64,000 nt of DNA. It comes from Flavobacteriales bacterium (GTDB lineage: Bacteria > Bacteroidota > Bacteroidia > NS11-12g > UBA955). The stretch spans positions 149 to 64,148 of the forward strand of contig CANGWH010000004.1 of assembly GCA_947457565.1 (NCBI GenBank), given 5' to 3'. How positions within the stretch are numbered: position 1 is the first letter of the stretch; each line of letters starts with the position of its first letter. The translations under genes and the position numbers were made by a program. Below the pieces are notes generated by a model that saw only the letters and a program-made list of their open reading frames with translations, was not told the DNA's origin and ran no database searches. Positions 1-10,349 of the stretch are shown one piece after another.

Positions 1-58
1 TCGATTAAAATCAGAAAAAGTGAGAAAAAATTGTTTCATATGGTATAACTTGCAAAGA

Positions 59-2491
59 ATGAGGTTCTTAACGGCAATCGTTGGGATGTTTCTTCTGAGC
101 AGTTTAACGAAGGCTCAGGTGCTGCAACCTATGGGTCCGGCGTTGCCGGGTAAGGTTGTAGCATCGTTTGCCTCCGGAAACGATTACTTGGCCTTATTTG
201 ATGAGATTTCCACCCCAGACAACAACGATTTTACCTTAGCCCGTTGGAACGGTGTATATTGGAAGTATTATCCAGGATTAACCACACCACCACCGGTAAC
301 TACCACCAGCGGTACCTATAATTTTCATTCTATCGCCCTGTACCGTGATACCATCTACGCAGCGGCGTATATTGCTAATGCAGTGCGTGATGCCGATGTG
401 GCAATCAGTCATTTGTACAAATGGACGGGTCAATATTGGGTGCCCGAAATTGGTGTGGTGGATACTCGAAATAACGGGATTATATCCATGACTGTTTTTG
501 ACGACAAATTGATCGTAGCTGGACTGTTTTCCAATACCTTAGACGGAACTTTGGTTCAAAACATCGCTGCTTTCGACGGAAATAAATGGTCGTACCTAGG
601 AAATAGCGGTACTCAGCAAGGTACGGATGGGGTGATACGATCCTTAGCTGTTTCAGGCAATCGATTATACATCGCGGGAGACTTTACCAAGTTCTGTGGA
701 ACTCAGACAGGAAATATTGCCTACTACACGGCTGCTAATGGCGGTTGGGGTGGTATCGGCAGCCCATTTGATGGTGAAGTTACCGAATTGGCCGCGTACG
801 ACGGTAAGTTAGCGGCTATTGGATATAACAATCAAGGGAAACGAGAAGTAAACGTTTTTCAAGGTACTTGGGGAAGTCCAATAAAGGATGATTCGTTCAG
901 TATTTTCAGTCCTACAACCATCGCCGGATCGGGCAAGCAATTGCTCATTGGCGGTAGTTTTGTTAAAAATGGTTCGGGAACGGCCTTGTTAACCTACGAT
1001 GGTACCAAACTTCAGTTAACGGGCAACAAGATAGCAGGAACCTTTACCTTGGGTCAGCGGGGCACGGAGGCATTTATTTGGGGTAATTTCATCGAATCAA
1101 ACACAGGGATTCGCAATTTTTCGAAAATCGAATCGCAAGCAGGTAATTTGTTTGGCGATGTGTACTACGATGTGAATACCAATTGCATCAAAGACGATAA
1201 TGAGATCGGATTGAGAAGGGTGATGGTTCGATTAATGAACAAAGTAACCGGTATTTCTTATTTCGCCCTCACCGATAGCTCTGGAAGATTTTCTGTTGCA
1301 TTACCGGCAGGGGACTATTCCGTACAATTGAATCCTGGCAAACACTTGATTAGTAGTTGTATTGGAAACTCATCGGCAAGAATACGAGAAGGCATTTACA
1401 GTTCTTTAACTCTAGGGTATTACCAACTTCCAAGCATCGTGGATGTGGAAGTGAAGACTTTGGGGATTGTTCCTTCGGAAACCAAACCCGGAGAGCAAGT
1501 AACCGCCTTGATATCGGTGAAAAACCACGGAGGAATGGCGCTAACTTCAGGTACTTTGCAGTTGAAGCACGCCGCCGAATTGGTGAATTTTCAAAGCAAT
1601 CCACCGGCCGATAATTATTCCGGAAACGAAGCCACCTACACTCTTACTGGACTAAAACCGTTTGCCGAAACTACATGGGAGGTAACGTTTGATTTACCCA
1701 CCAATGCAGGGTTAACGGATGATTATTTTATTCATGCGTACACGGGGACCTTGTTGTCTACTGGAGATGCCGATAAATTAGACAATAAGGATTCAGTTTC
1801 TTTGGGATTAACCCGAAGAGTAGGTAAAGCTGCTGTTACTAAAAACAGTTTGGAAGGTAGTAAGGTGGATTATCGAAATACCAAATGGAAGTACCGTGTG
1901 GATTTTGCTAACGTAGGCAATCAAATGGTACAACGTGCAGTGTTGTTTGATACATTGGATGCGAAACTACCCTTGATGCGCGTAAATGTCACCGGATTTT
2001 ATCCCTTAAATACTAAGTTAAGTATTCAGCAGGGCAGGGTCTTGGTGGTGGATTTCCCCGATGCAAACTTGGCGATTTTTGAAGCGAATCCTTCTAAAGC
2101 GGTTGGTTTTGTTGAATACCAATTGGAGTTGTTGAATCCGCTATCTAATGGTACGGTTATTAATAACCGCGCATTTGTAGATTACGATAGCAAGTGGATA
2201 GGGTATTCTCAAAATTGCGGTGTGGTATTAACCGATTTATTGTCGGTAAAATCATTGCAGAGAGGCTTGGATTTCGTGCTTTCACCCAATCCGGTATCGG
2301 ATGAATTGAAGATTTCTGGCTCTGCAAAACTTATGGGGCAAGCTTGGATTATTTACAATTCATCGGGCCAGCAAGTAGCTTCGGGAACCATTAATGCAGA
2401 GGTAATAATGCTAAATACCGGTAAATTTTCGAGTGGAATTTATTCCTTCACCGTAAACGGCGTGGCGCAAAAGTTTCAGGTATTGCGTTGA
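59..2491 (+). CDS. Secreted multidomain protein with a T9SS type-A C-terminal sorting domain. It has N-terminal beta-propeller-like repeats, a CarboxypepD_reg/SdrD-B-like domain and two CARDB/DUF11-like domains.
   Basis: Long ORF 20..2491. The signal peptide MRFLTAIVGMFLLSSLTKAQ begins at the internal Met at nt 59. Repeated xIAGxF...DGxxW propeller-like motifs are present, and VRLMNKVTGISYFALTDSSGRFSV is CarboxypepD_reg-like. The last ~80 aa (LSPNPVSDELKISG...YSFTVNG...QVLR) match the Por secretion C-terminal sorting domain (type A, TIGR04183-like). Confidence 0.75.
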   Translation: MRFLTAIVGMFLLSSLTKAQVLQPMGPALPGKVVASFASGNDYLALFDEISTPDNNDFTLARWNGVYWKYYPGLTTPPPVTTTSGTYNFHSIALYRDTIYAAAYIANAVRDADVAISHLYKWTGQYWVPEIGVVDTRNNGIISMTVFDDKLIVAGLFSNTLDGTLVQNIAAFDGNKWSYLGNSGTQQGTDGVIRSLAVSGNRLYIAGDFTKFCGTQTGNIAYYTAANGGWGGIGSPFDGEVTELAAYDGKLAAIGYNNQGKREVNVFQGTWGSPIKDDSFSIFSPTTIAGSGKQLLIGGSFVKNGSGTALLTYDGTKLQLTGNKIAGTFTLGQRGTEAFIWGNFIESNTGIRNFSKIESQAGNLFGDVYYDVNTNCIKDDNEIGLRRVMVRLMNKVTGISYFALTDSSGRFSVALPAGDYSVQLNPGKHLISSCIGNSSARIREGIYSSLTLGYYQLPSIVDVEVKTLGIVPSETKPGEQVTALISVKNHGGMALTSGTLQLKHAAELVNFQSNPPADNYSGNEATYTLTGLKPFAETTWEVTFDLPTNAGLTDDYFIHAYTGTLLSTGDADKLDNKDSVSLGLTRRVGKAAVTKNSLEGSKVDYRNTKWKYRVDFANVGNQMVQRAVLFDTLDAKLPLMRVNVTGFYPLNTKLSIQQGRVLVVDFPDANLAIFEANPSKAVGFVEYQLELLNPLSNGTVINNRAFVDYDSKWIGYSQNCGVVLTDLLSVKSLQRGLDFVLSPNPVSDELKISGSAKLMGQAWIIYNSSGQQVASGTINAEVIMLNTGKFSSGIYSFTVNGVAQKFQVLR

Positions 2492-3384
2492 TAGTATTGG
2501 GCGATGCGATGAATATTGCACGTTCCCGTTTCCAATAATTCTTTACGGATTAAATCAGCAATCTCTTCGGCAGGTATTTTTTTCAACTGCTCTCGTTGGA
2601 TGAGCTTGATCACTTTCTCGGTTTGCAACTGCACGTACCGCTGTTGTTTGGTAGCGATTTGGCTGTGTTTGAAGATGGAATCGCTCAATTCTTGGATGCC
2701 CTGACCTGAAGTAGCCACCGTTCCAATCACCGGTTTCTCCCAAGAATCCGTGGCTGTGGAATGGGCTAATTGTCTGAGATGGTTAGCAAAGGTTTCCGCG
2801 CCATCACGATCACTTTTATTTACCACAAAAACATCGGCAATTTCCATAATGCCACTCTTCAGTGTTTGTACATCATCGCCACTTTCTGGAACACTCACCA
2901 CCACCGTGGTATCGGCGATACCGGCGATTTCAATTTCACTCTGACCTACGCCTACGGTTTCCACTACGATAAAATCAAAGGGGGCATGCTTTAGTACGTC
3001 GATAATTTCAATGATAGCAGTACTGAGTCCTCCCAAGGAACCGCGGGCCGAAACACTGCGGATATAGACATTTTCATGCAGGAACAAGCCTGGCATGCGG
3101 AGCCTATCGCCTAACAATGAACCAAAGTTGAACGGAGAACTAGGATCAACGGCCACGATGGCAGTTTTTTTACCCAAGGCGCTCCAATGCAATACCAATG
3201 CATTTACTAAGGAACTTTTTCCTGCACCGGGAGGGCCGGTGACGCCCACCACCACCGAATTGCCAGACAATTGGGTGAGTAAGTCTTGCGCTTTTGGGTG
3301 CTGATTTTCAACCCAAGAAATTGCTCGGGCAATGGCTTTTTCGTTGCCACTGGCTATCAATGCTGGAGTAGGTTGAAATTCCAT
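2476..3384 (-). CDS. meaB: Methylmalonyl-CoA mutase-associated GTPase MeaB (ArgK/LAO-transport ATPase family).
   Basis: 302 aa. P-loop GVTGPPGAGKSS is present, followed by the DxxG and NKSD motifs in the arrangement typical of MeaB/ArgK G3E GTPases. The 3' end overlaps the convergent upstream CDS by 16 bp. Confidence 0.8.
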   Translation of the reverse strand: MEFQPTPALIASGNEKAIARAISWVENQHPKAQDLLTQLSGNSVVVGVTGPPGAGKSSLVNALVLHWSALGKKTAIVAVDPSSPFNFGSLLGDRLRMPGLFLHENVYIRSVSARGSLGGLSTAIIEIIDVLKHAPFDFIVVETVGVGQSEIEIAGIADTTVVVSVPESGDDVQTLKSGIMEIADVFVVNKSDRDGAETFANHLRQLAHSTATDSWEKPVIGTVATSGQGIQELSDSIFKHSQIATKQQRYVQLQTEKVIKLIQREQLKKIPAEEIADLIRKELLETGTCNIHRIAQYYQRNT

Positions 3385-3417
3385 TTGCTATGGGCGAAAA
3401 TAGGGAACCCGAAGGTT

Positions 3418-4470
3418 TTATGGTGTTCGGGTTTGAAAGTTGTGGGAATTGTTTTTGGAAAAGGGCGCAGCATCCATGGTAGATTGTATTCCTGCGTTTA
3501 ACAAAAAATGCCCCGCCATGGCAATCATCGCGGCATTATCGGTGCAAAATTCAAAGGATGGAATATGGCTGTTGAGTTTGAATTTTTCTCCCATGAGGAT
3601 AAACGCCTTGCGCAACTCCGAATTTGCCGATACGCCCCCGGCTAAACCAATGGAACCGGGTTTGTGTTTCTCGATGGCTTTTTTTAATCGCTTCATCAGT
3701 ATGTTCACCACTTGGTGTTGGTAGGAAGCGCAAATGTTGGCAATTTCATCGGCCACAAAATTGGGGTTCTTATCGATTTCTTTTCGCAAGAAGTAGAGTA
3801 ACGAAGTTTTAATTCCAGAAAAACTAAAGTCCAAAGGTGCGGTTTGGCTATCGGGGAAATCATAGGCTTTTGCATTGCCTTGCGCTGCATATTTATCGAT
3901 CAAGGGTCCACCAGGATATCCCAAGCCCAGTAATTTAGCCGCTTTATCAAAGGCCTCCCCGGCAGCATCGTCTATGGTAGTTCCGATAATTTCCATGGAA
4001 TCTACGGATTCTACCCAAACTAGCTGCGTATGTCCGCCGCTTACCAACAACGCAATCATGGGCAATTGGAGGTTGGGGGTTTCAATAAACAAGGCCGAAA
4101 TATGCGCTTGTAAATGATTTACGCCTACAAACGGGATGTTGGCACCCAACGCTAACCCTTTGGCAAATTGGAAACCCACCTGCAACGAACCTAAGAGTCC
4201 AGGGCCTTGGGTAACCGCGATAGCATCGATATCTTGAATGGTTTTCCCTGCTTTGTTCAGTGCTTCAGAAACCACGGGAATGATGTTACTTTGGTGGGCT
4301 CTGGAAGCCAGTTCTGGAACCACGCCACCGTATTGTTCGTGTACTTTTTGGGTAGCGGTAATGTTGGCAAGAATTTTGCCGTTTTCAAACACGGCCGCCG
4401 CGGTATCGTCGCAACTGCTTTCGATGCCCAAAATAATGGAATGCGGTATGGGTTGTGTATTGGTAGGCAA
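3418..4470 (-). CDS. tsaD: tRNA N6-adenosine threonylcarbamoyltransferase TsaD (Kae1/Gcp family).
   Basis: 350 aa. The N-terminal ILGIESSCDDTAAAV and the HxxAH-containing core (VNHLQAHI), plus SGGV, are hallmarks of TsaD/Kae1. The start codon is TTG at 4468-4470 on the minus strand, giving a short N-terminal extension before ILGIESS. Confidence 0.85.
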   Translation of the reverse strand: MPTNTQPIPHSIILGIESSCDDTAAAVFENGKILANITATQKVHEQYGGVVPELASRAHQSNIIPVVSEALNKAGKTIQDIDAIAVTQGPGLLGSLQVGFQFAKGLALGANIPFVGVNHLQAHISALFIETPNLQLPMIALLVSGGHTQLVWVESVDSMEIIGTTIDDAAGEAFDKAAKLLGLGYPGGPLIDKYAAQGNAKAYDFPDSQTAPLDFSFSGIKTSLLYFLRKEIDKNPNFVADEIANICASYQHQVVNILMKRLKKAIEKHKPGSIGLAGGVSANSELRKAFILMGEKFKLNSHIPSFEFCTDNAAMIAMAGHFLLNAGIQSTMDAAPFSKNNSHNFQTRTP

Positions 4471-4472
4471 GT

Positions 4473-7400
4473 ATGGATGTTAACTTTGAAGGATTGACTA
4501 AACGGCGCACAAAATTACGGAAGTTTTTACTTCTGACGTTGCTGGCATTTCTGATGTTTTCGGGAATGGCCGCTGTTTTGACGCGCAATCAAATCGTTCA
4601 GAATTATTTAGCCAAGCGAGCCGCTACTTTTTTATCCAAGGAATGGAAAACCAAGGTAGAGATTGGCTATGTATCCATCGATTTCTTGAGAACGTTCCAC
4701 ATTGAGAACCTGCGCATCTACGATAAGCATCAAGATACCTTGCTGCAATGGGGGGCTTTGGATGCCCGAATTGATGAATACAGTTGGGCCAACAAGCACC
4801 TGTTTTTAGAGCATTTGAGCATCAAAAACCTGTTGTTTAAAAACGGTCAACACAAAAAGGGCGAAGATTTAAACCACGGTTTTCTAATCGATTATTTCGC
4901 TTCTTCGGATACCACCACAAGCACCGGGAAAGCCCTGCAAATTTCTATGGGTACTATGGAGTTGGTGGATGGTAAATTTGTATATTTTCATCAGCAGACC
5001 CAAGCTGCCTACCCAGAAATGGATCCGGATTATTTGGTGTTCGATAGAATTAATATTGGTATTCGGGATGTGAAAATCGACGAAAAATCCTTGTTGAGAG
5101 GTCAGATTTATCAATTCGCCACCCGCGAACGTTCGGGCTTGGAAGTGGTGGAGGGAACTGCGTTTTTGGATATTACCAACAACTACATCGACCTACGAAA
5201 AATGGAACTCAAAACGCCCTGTTCGCGAATTAAAGACCGGGTAAAAATCATGTTCGATAGTTGGACCGATTTTGATGAGGTAGAAACGAAAGTACAATGG
5301 TTATTTGATATCAAAGATTCGGAAATTTGTTTGGAAGAATTGGTGGCATTTCACCCTTGGTTTGAGCAACGAAACTTATTGCTACTGTTGAGCGGTAAAG
5401 CTACGGGAACTTTTGCCAATTTGCGTTCCAACGACGTTTGGATTAGAGGGGATGAGTCCAATACCAACCTCAGAGGACCTTTGCAACTCAAGCATTTGAT
5501 AGAACTCAGTAAGTTTGAATATCACTATCAATTAGAAAATTCCAGCGTGGACATGGGGGATTTAAGCAGGGTGGTGTACGAATTGGACTCGGTGCCGGTG
5601 GTACGATCCTTGGGTCCGTTGGAGGTGCAAGGTAAATTGAATGGGACGTTAAACTGGGTTGATTTTGATGGTTGGTTGAACAATAAAATCGCATCGTATT
5701 CGGGGTATTCGTTGTTTGATTATACTACATCGGTAGAATTAACGAAATACCAGTTATTGGGCGATTTACAGCGATTGGAATTGAATCAATTGCCAGAGTT
5801 TTTCCCAGCTTTGGCGCTATACGATACCAAAGTAGATGTGAATGGCACTGGATTTTATTCGCCAGAAATCCAATTGAATTCGTTGCTTAAAATTGGACAG
5901 CTGCAGTATTTGGATCGGGTTATTGACCGCATCCAGTTAACCGCATCCCTGGCGGAAGATGATGTAGAGTATTTAGTAGATTCTAAAGATTCATCGTTTA
6001 AGATTAGCAGTATTGGAAGTATCGAGAATGTGTCTAGTAACCCACATTTTCAAGGCGGGGCGAGCATTCAGCGGTTGGTGCTAAATTCTATGGGGTTGGA
6101 TTCTGTACCCTTGGTAATCAAGGGTAGTTTGGATTACGACTACACGGGTACAACATTGAGTGAATCTAAATTTTGGTTAACCGTGGATAACGCTGATATT
6201 ACCATGGGCCAAAACCGCTACTATTGCAAGGAGCAGCAAATCAATAAAGACCCTGAACGAGGATGGGAATTTGACGGTTCCTGGTTGCAGGGAAATATCA
6301 CGGCAGGGTTTGATATCGATAAAACTGCCGATTTAACGCAGTTGTTGCTGCACAGTCAATTCCCTGAGGATTTCGAAAAACCGGTATTTGCCAAGAATCA
6401 GGATTTTCAGTTCAATTTACGGATGATTCAAACCGATTGGATTCCCCAGTTTTTGGTTAAAAATCTTTCGTTAGGTTTAGTAAACGCGGTGGGAAGTGTA
6501 AATACTTCCAGCAATAAAATGGATATAGAAGTTGGGCCGTTAGAAGTGGGGTATAACGAGGTAGAGATGCAGAGACTGAGAGTATCCGTGCATACGGACG
6601 AATTCCAATCTGGCAGATTGCAAATTTCCACGGGTTCGGCTTCGATTGGGAAAACAAAGTACGACGAGTTGGCGTTGGGTGCGGTTTTGAAGCACGGACA
6701 ATTATCGTTAGCCTTGGGCTTGCATGACGAAAAGGATCGCTACCAACTATCGTTGCAAACGGAAAGTGAGAATAACAAAGATTCCATCAATACAAAATTT
6801 GCGTCCACGCAACTCCGGTTATACAACAATCCATGGTATGTAGATCCAACAGCTCGTTTAAACTATGTGAAAGGTAAGCGTTGGGATGTAAACAAGTTTG
6901 TAATGGCCGATGCCGATCACTATCTGGAAGTAAGTGGGGCGATTTCAAAAAGTTTGAAAGACACGCTGCATGTGGAGTTCCACAACTTAACGCCGCAGGT
7001 GTTAATCCCGTTTTTTCCTGAAAACACGTTTGATACCTTGGATTTCCATGCATCGGCCGATTTTAAGGTAGCCGGGGTATTGGGCGATCAAGTGTTTTTG
7101 GGGACTTGCATGGTGAATAATCTAACCTATTATGGGTACAATTACGGATCCATTGATGTGGATTTACGGGATGCAGGTAAGCAAGGGTTGCTTGGAATTG
7201 CGGCTCGTGGTAGAAAAGGAGCCATCAAAGGATTGGCATTGCTGGGAAGTGTAGATTTATTGAACAGCGAAAAGTGGGTAGATATGTACCTGGACGTGCC
7301 ATTGAAAACCCCTGCGAAAATTTTGAAGCCGTTTTTGGATGGGGCTGTAACCGTAAATGAAGGGTATTTAGATGGAGTGGTAAATATTGTGGGTCCAACC

Positions 7401-8951
7401 AACAATATACGGTTAGACGGGGAGATCAATGCACGAGATGTGTTGTTTGGGGTAGATTATTTAGGTACTTTTTATCGATTTACCGGAAAATTTGATGTGA
7501 ATACGAATGGGGTGTTTACCCAAAAACCGATTGAACTTACGGGTAAGACGGGATTGAATGGAAAGGCTAAAGCAAGTTTGGCGTTTACTTGGAAGAATTA
7601 TTCGGATTTTGCCTTGGATATTCGGGTGTACGATGCCAAAAATTTGAAGGTATTGGAAACCACCGAAAAAGATAATTCCTTGTTTTATGGAACGGGCAGA
7701 GCCGCCGGTAGTTGTAGAATTTATGGACCCATCGATAAAATCAATATTCTTGCCGATTTAACCCCTGAAAAGAACGCAAAAGTGAGTGTATTATATCCTT
7801 CGTCTAACGAAAATTACATCTCCAATGGGGTGGTGTTTAAGGATCGGGACAATGAGGATAAACAGATAAAAACAGCGCAGATTGTTTCCGATGAGGAAGA
7901 ATCGGTATTGGGGAAAATTGAAGTGATTATTCATGCCAATACTAACCTGGAAGCCGAATTTGTGATAGATAAAAAGTTAGGAGATATTATTCGAGGAAGA
8001 GGCAAGGGGGATTTGCGGTTGCTGTACGATGAAAACGAGGATTTATATTTATTTGGAGCCTATGTTATTGCCAATGGGGAATATCAGTTTTCCTTGCCTG
8101 GAATCAACTTAACGAAGAAAATGCTGTTGGATGATGGCGGTATGATTACTTGGACGGGCGATCCTTATAACGCCAATGTTTCCATGATTGGAAAGGTTCA
8201 AAAAAGAATATCCCCGTCTCAATTGATGTCAACCATGGGCGGTAGCGGAACCAATTATCCTGCTACCTTAATTGTAAGTCAATTATTGATGACGGGCAAT
8301 TTAATGCGTCCCAACATTAGTTTCGATATTTTAGCGCCGGAATTGGAGAAATCGGGTGGCAGCAACAGCGAAGTGAATGCGGTAATTCAGCGAATCCGGC
8401 AGGACAAAGACGAAACGATGCGCCAATCGATCGCCTTGTTATTGTTCGGTAATTTTATGCCACCGTCATTTTCAAACGGCAGCGCGGGTGCGGCCAATAT
8501 GCTGTCTGGGGCGGGCGTGGCGGGTAATTCAGTTTCCAATATTGCCTCAAACGTGGTGAATGATTTGTTTTCCAAAGCGGGTATACCCACGCGTATTCAA
8601 GTGAATTATGACGATGTGCGATCGGCATCCAGAGGTAGCAATGGATTGGTATTTATTAATAGTGAATGGTTTTTGTCGGATCGATTGCGTTTGGATGTGA
8701 ATTATGACCCCACGGTTTCCATGGTGGGACTGGCCATGCCGTTTAATTTAAATCTAGAATACATGACGCGGAACGATCATTGGAAGCTCAAGGCTTTTTC
8801 TCGTTCCAGCAATATGTTGCTGCAGCAGTCTGGAACTACCACCAATGGGGTTTCGGGCAATACGTTGGGAACGGGATTGGTTTATCGTCGTGAATTTGAT
8901 TCTTTTAAACGAAGAAAGAGTGTTTTAGATTCCGCGGTGGAGTCGCCCTAG
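4473..8951 (+). CDS. TamB-like translocation/assembly module protein (AsmA-like, DUF490 C-terminal region). A large inner-membrane-anchored periplasm-spanning protein.
   Basis: 1492 aa. There is a single N-terminal TM segment (FLLLTLLAFLMFSGMAAVL) after a basic N-region, then a long beta-rich repeat-like body of the size seen in Bacteroidota TamB. It is divergent from tsaD, an arrangement I recall in several Bacteroidota genomes. Not verified by search. Confidence 0.55.
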   Translation: MDVNFEGLTKRRTKLRKFLLLTLLAFLMFSGMAAVLTRNQIVQNYLAKRAATFLSKEWKTKVEIGYVSIDFLRTFHIENLRIYDKHQDTLLQWGALDARIDEYSWANKHLFLEHLSIKNLLFKNGQHKKGEDLNHGFLIDYFASSDTTTSTGKALQISMGTMELVDGKFVYFHQQTQAAYPEMDPDYLVFDRINIGIRDVKIDEKSLLRGQIYQFATRERSGLEVVEGTAFLDITNNYIDLRKMELKTPCSRIKDRVKIMFDSWTDFDEVETKVQWLFDIKDSEICLEELVAFHPWFEQRNLLLLLSGKATGTFANLRSNDVWIRGDESNTNLRGPLQLKHLIELSKFEYHYQLENSSVDMGDLSRVVYELDSVPVVRSLGPLEVQGKLNGTLNWVDFDGWLNNKIASYSGYSLFDYTTSVELTKYQLLGDLQRLELNQLPEFFPALALYDTKVDVNGTGFYSPEIQLNSLLKIGQLQYLDRVIDRIQLTASLAEDDVEYLVDSKDSSFKISSIGSIENVSSNPHFQGGASIQRLVLNSMGLDSVPLVIKGSLDYDYTGTTLSESKFWLTVDNADITMGQNRYYCKEQQINKDPERGWEFDGSWLQGNITAGFDIDKTADLTQLLLHSQFPEDFEKPVFAKNQDFQFNLRMIQTDWIPQFLVKNLSLGLVNAVGSVNTSSNKMDIEVGPLEVGYNEVEMQRLRVSVHTDEFQSGRLQISTGSASIGKTKYDELALGAVLKHGQLSLALGLHDEKDRYQLSLQTESENNKDSINTKFASTQLRLYNNPWYVDPTARLNYVKGKRWDVNKFVMADADHYLEVSGAISKSLKDTLHVEFHNLTPQVLIPFFPENTFDTLDFHASADFKVAGVLGDQVFLGTCMVNNLTYYGYNYGSIDVDLRDAGKQGLLGIAARGRKGAIKGLALLGSVDLLNSEKWVDMYLDVPLKTPAKILKPFLDGAVTVNEGYLDGVVNIVGPTNNIRLDGEINARDVLFGVDYLGTFYRFTGKFDVNTNGVFTQKPIELTGKTGLNGKAKASLAFTWKNYSDFALDIRVYDAKNLKVLETTEKDNSLFYGTGRAAGSCRIYGPIDKINILADLTPEKNAKVSVLYPSSNENYISNGVVFKDRDNEDKQIKTAQIVSDEEESVLGKIEVIIHANTNLEAEFVIDKKLGDIIRGRGKGDLRLLYDENEDLYLFGAYVIANGEYQFSLPGINLTKKMLLDDGGMITWTGDPYNANVSMIGKVQKRISPSQLMSTMGGSGTNYPATLIVSQLLMTGNLMRPNISFDILAPELEKSGGSNSEVNAVIQRIRQDKDETMRQSIALLLFGNFMPPSFSNGSAGAANMLSGAGVAGNSVSNIASNVVNDLFSKAGIPTRIQVNYDDVRSASRGSNGLVFINSEWFLSDRLRLDVNYDPTVSMVGLAMPFNLNLEYMTRNDHWKLKAFSRSSNMLLQQSGTTTNGVSGNTLGTGLVYRREFDSFKRRKSVLDSAVESP

Positions 8952-8961
8952 AATTATTCGG

Positions 8962-8969
8962 TATTTTTG
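8962..8969 (+). promoter_or_regulatory. Candidate Bacteroidetes sigma-AB -7 box (TATTTTTG) for the FtsX/MacB-type permease gene.
   Basis: Exact TAnnTTTG match, 21 nt upstream of GTG 8991. Confidence 0.3.
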
Positions 8970-8990
8970 TGAACGTTTAATTTATCTATT

Positions 8991-10256
8991 GTGAAACCTG
9001 GAATATTTTTATTAGAAACCGCTAAATATAGTCTGGGTTCCATTCGGCAGAATAAGCTGCGTAGCGTATTGTCTGTTTTGGGCATTACCATCGGGATTTA
9101 TTGCATTATTGCGGTGTATGCGTTGGTGCATTCCATGGAAATAAACATCAATCGGCAGTTTACTAAATTTGGGACGGACGTGGTTTTTGTACAAAAATGG
9201 CCTTGGGATCAATGGGGTTCTAACTATCCATGGTGGAAATTTTTAGGCAGGCCCGTTTCATCGCCAACGGAGGCTCAATTTATTGAGGATAAAATGGTGG
9301 GTAAAATGGCGGAAAAAGTGGCGTATATATTTAGCAATGATGAGAAAATCCAGGCCAACGCAACAATTTTATCGGGCACTACGGTTCAGTGCATCAGCGA
9401 GAATTTTGCGGAGATACAGGATATTCGAGTGGAAACCGGTAGATTATTTACGGCACAAGAAATCAATAGTGGTGAACCGGTAGCGGTAATTGGGTCAACC
9501 ATTGCTAGGGAATTGTTTAGCGGGAGGGCTATCGGCCAAAAAATTCGGATTGGGTCCCGTATTTGCTCAGTAATTGGGGTGATTGAATTGGAGGGCAGTA
9601 GCATAATTAATAACAGTAAAGACGATCAAGTGTTTATCCCGTTAACGTTGGGTTTGAATATGTATTCGTACCGGGACAACGAAGATGCTCAAATATTGAT
9701 AAAGGCAGCGAAGGGTGTAACCTTGGATGATTTAACGGTGGAAGTAGATTTGCTGCTAAGGCAATATCGGAAAATTAAACCAGGGAAAGAATCCAATTTC
9801 GCTGTTAACCGCATGACCATGATTACCTCCGCAGTGAGCGAATTGTTCTCGCAAATTCAAAAAATAGGGGTGGTTATTGGGGGATTTGCCATGTTGGTAG
9901 GTTGCTTTGGCGTTGCCAACATCATGTTTGTGAGTGTAAAGGAGAGGACCAAGGAAATTGGAATACAAAAGGCGTTGGGTGCTCCAAGTATTTTTATTCA
10001 ATTGCAGTTTCTATTGGAAGCAGTTTGGTTGTGTATTTTGGGGGGATTGATTGGAATGCTGCTGGTTTGGTTAACGTTTATTGGGCTTAATGCCGTATTG
10101 AAAACTATGATGGATGGGGGCGTAACTCTAATATTATCGCCGTCAGACACGTATTTGGGCTTGTGGGTATCGGCCGCTGTGGGCGTATTGGCCGGGTTTA
10201 TTCCTGCAACGCGTGCAGCACGGTTGAACCCGGTGGAGGCTATGCGCGCCAAATAG
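8991..10256 (+). CDS. ABC transporter permease of the FtsX/MacB type (MacB-like periplasmic domain plus FtsX 4-TM domain). No adjacent ATPase gene.
   Basis: 421 aa starting with GTG at 8991. An N-terminal TM is followed by a ~250 aa periplasmic domain and then a C-terminal FtsX-like domain (FAMLVGCFGVANIMFVSVKERTKEIGIQKALGA), the typical MacB/LolE family motif. Confidence 0.75.
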   Translation: MKPGIFLLETAKYSLGSIRQNKLRSVLSVLGITIGIYCIIAVYALVHSMEININRQFTKFGTDVVFVQKWPWDQWGSNYPWWKFLGRPVSSPTEAQFIEDKMVGKMAEKVAYIFSNDEKIQANATILSGTTVQCISENFAEIQDIRVETGRLFTAQEINSGEPVAVIGSTIARELFSGRAIGQKIRIGSRICSVIGVIELEGSSIINNSKDDQVFIPLTLGLNMYSYRDNEDAQILIKAAKGVTLDDLTVEVDLLLRQYRKIKPGKESNFAVNRMTMITSAVSELFSQIQKIGVVIGGFAMLVGCFGVANIMFVSVKERTKEIGIQKALGAPSIFIQLQFLLEAVWLCILGGLIGMLLVWLTFIGLNAVLKTMMDGGVTLILSPSDTYLGLWVSAAVGVLAGFIPATRAARLNPVEAMRAK

Positions 10257-10323
10257 TTGAGGATATTACGAATAGTTTTGTGTTATTAAACGTTTAACAG
10301 AACAATTGTTACAACAACAATGT

Positions 10324-10331
10324 TAACTTTG
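10324..10331 (+). promoter_or_regulatory. Candidate -7 box (TAACTTTG) for the outer-membrane barrel gene.
   Basis: Exact TAnnTTTG match, 18 nt upstream of ATG 10350. Confidence 0.3.
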
Positions 10332-10349
10332 TAGATATTCACTGTTTCC

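Noticed and set aside
1350-1614. Overlapping sense/antisense 84-85 aa ORFs inside the type-A CTD gene.
   Set aside because: They are fully embedded in a long well-supported CDS and have no start context or recognisable domains.
3440-4497. Several 60-96 aa ORFs on the plus strand overlapping tsaD.
   Set aside because: They are antisense to a highly conserved gene and have no supporting features.
9283-9483. Lys/Arg/Trp-rich 66-aa ORF (MRIKWWVKWRKKWRIY...) in an alternative frame of the permease gene.
   Set aside because: It is a frame artefact of an AT-rich coding region that lies entirely within the FtsX/MacB-type permease CDS.
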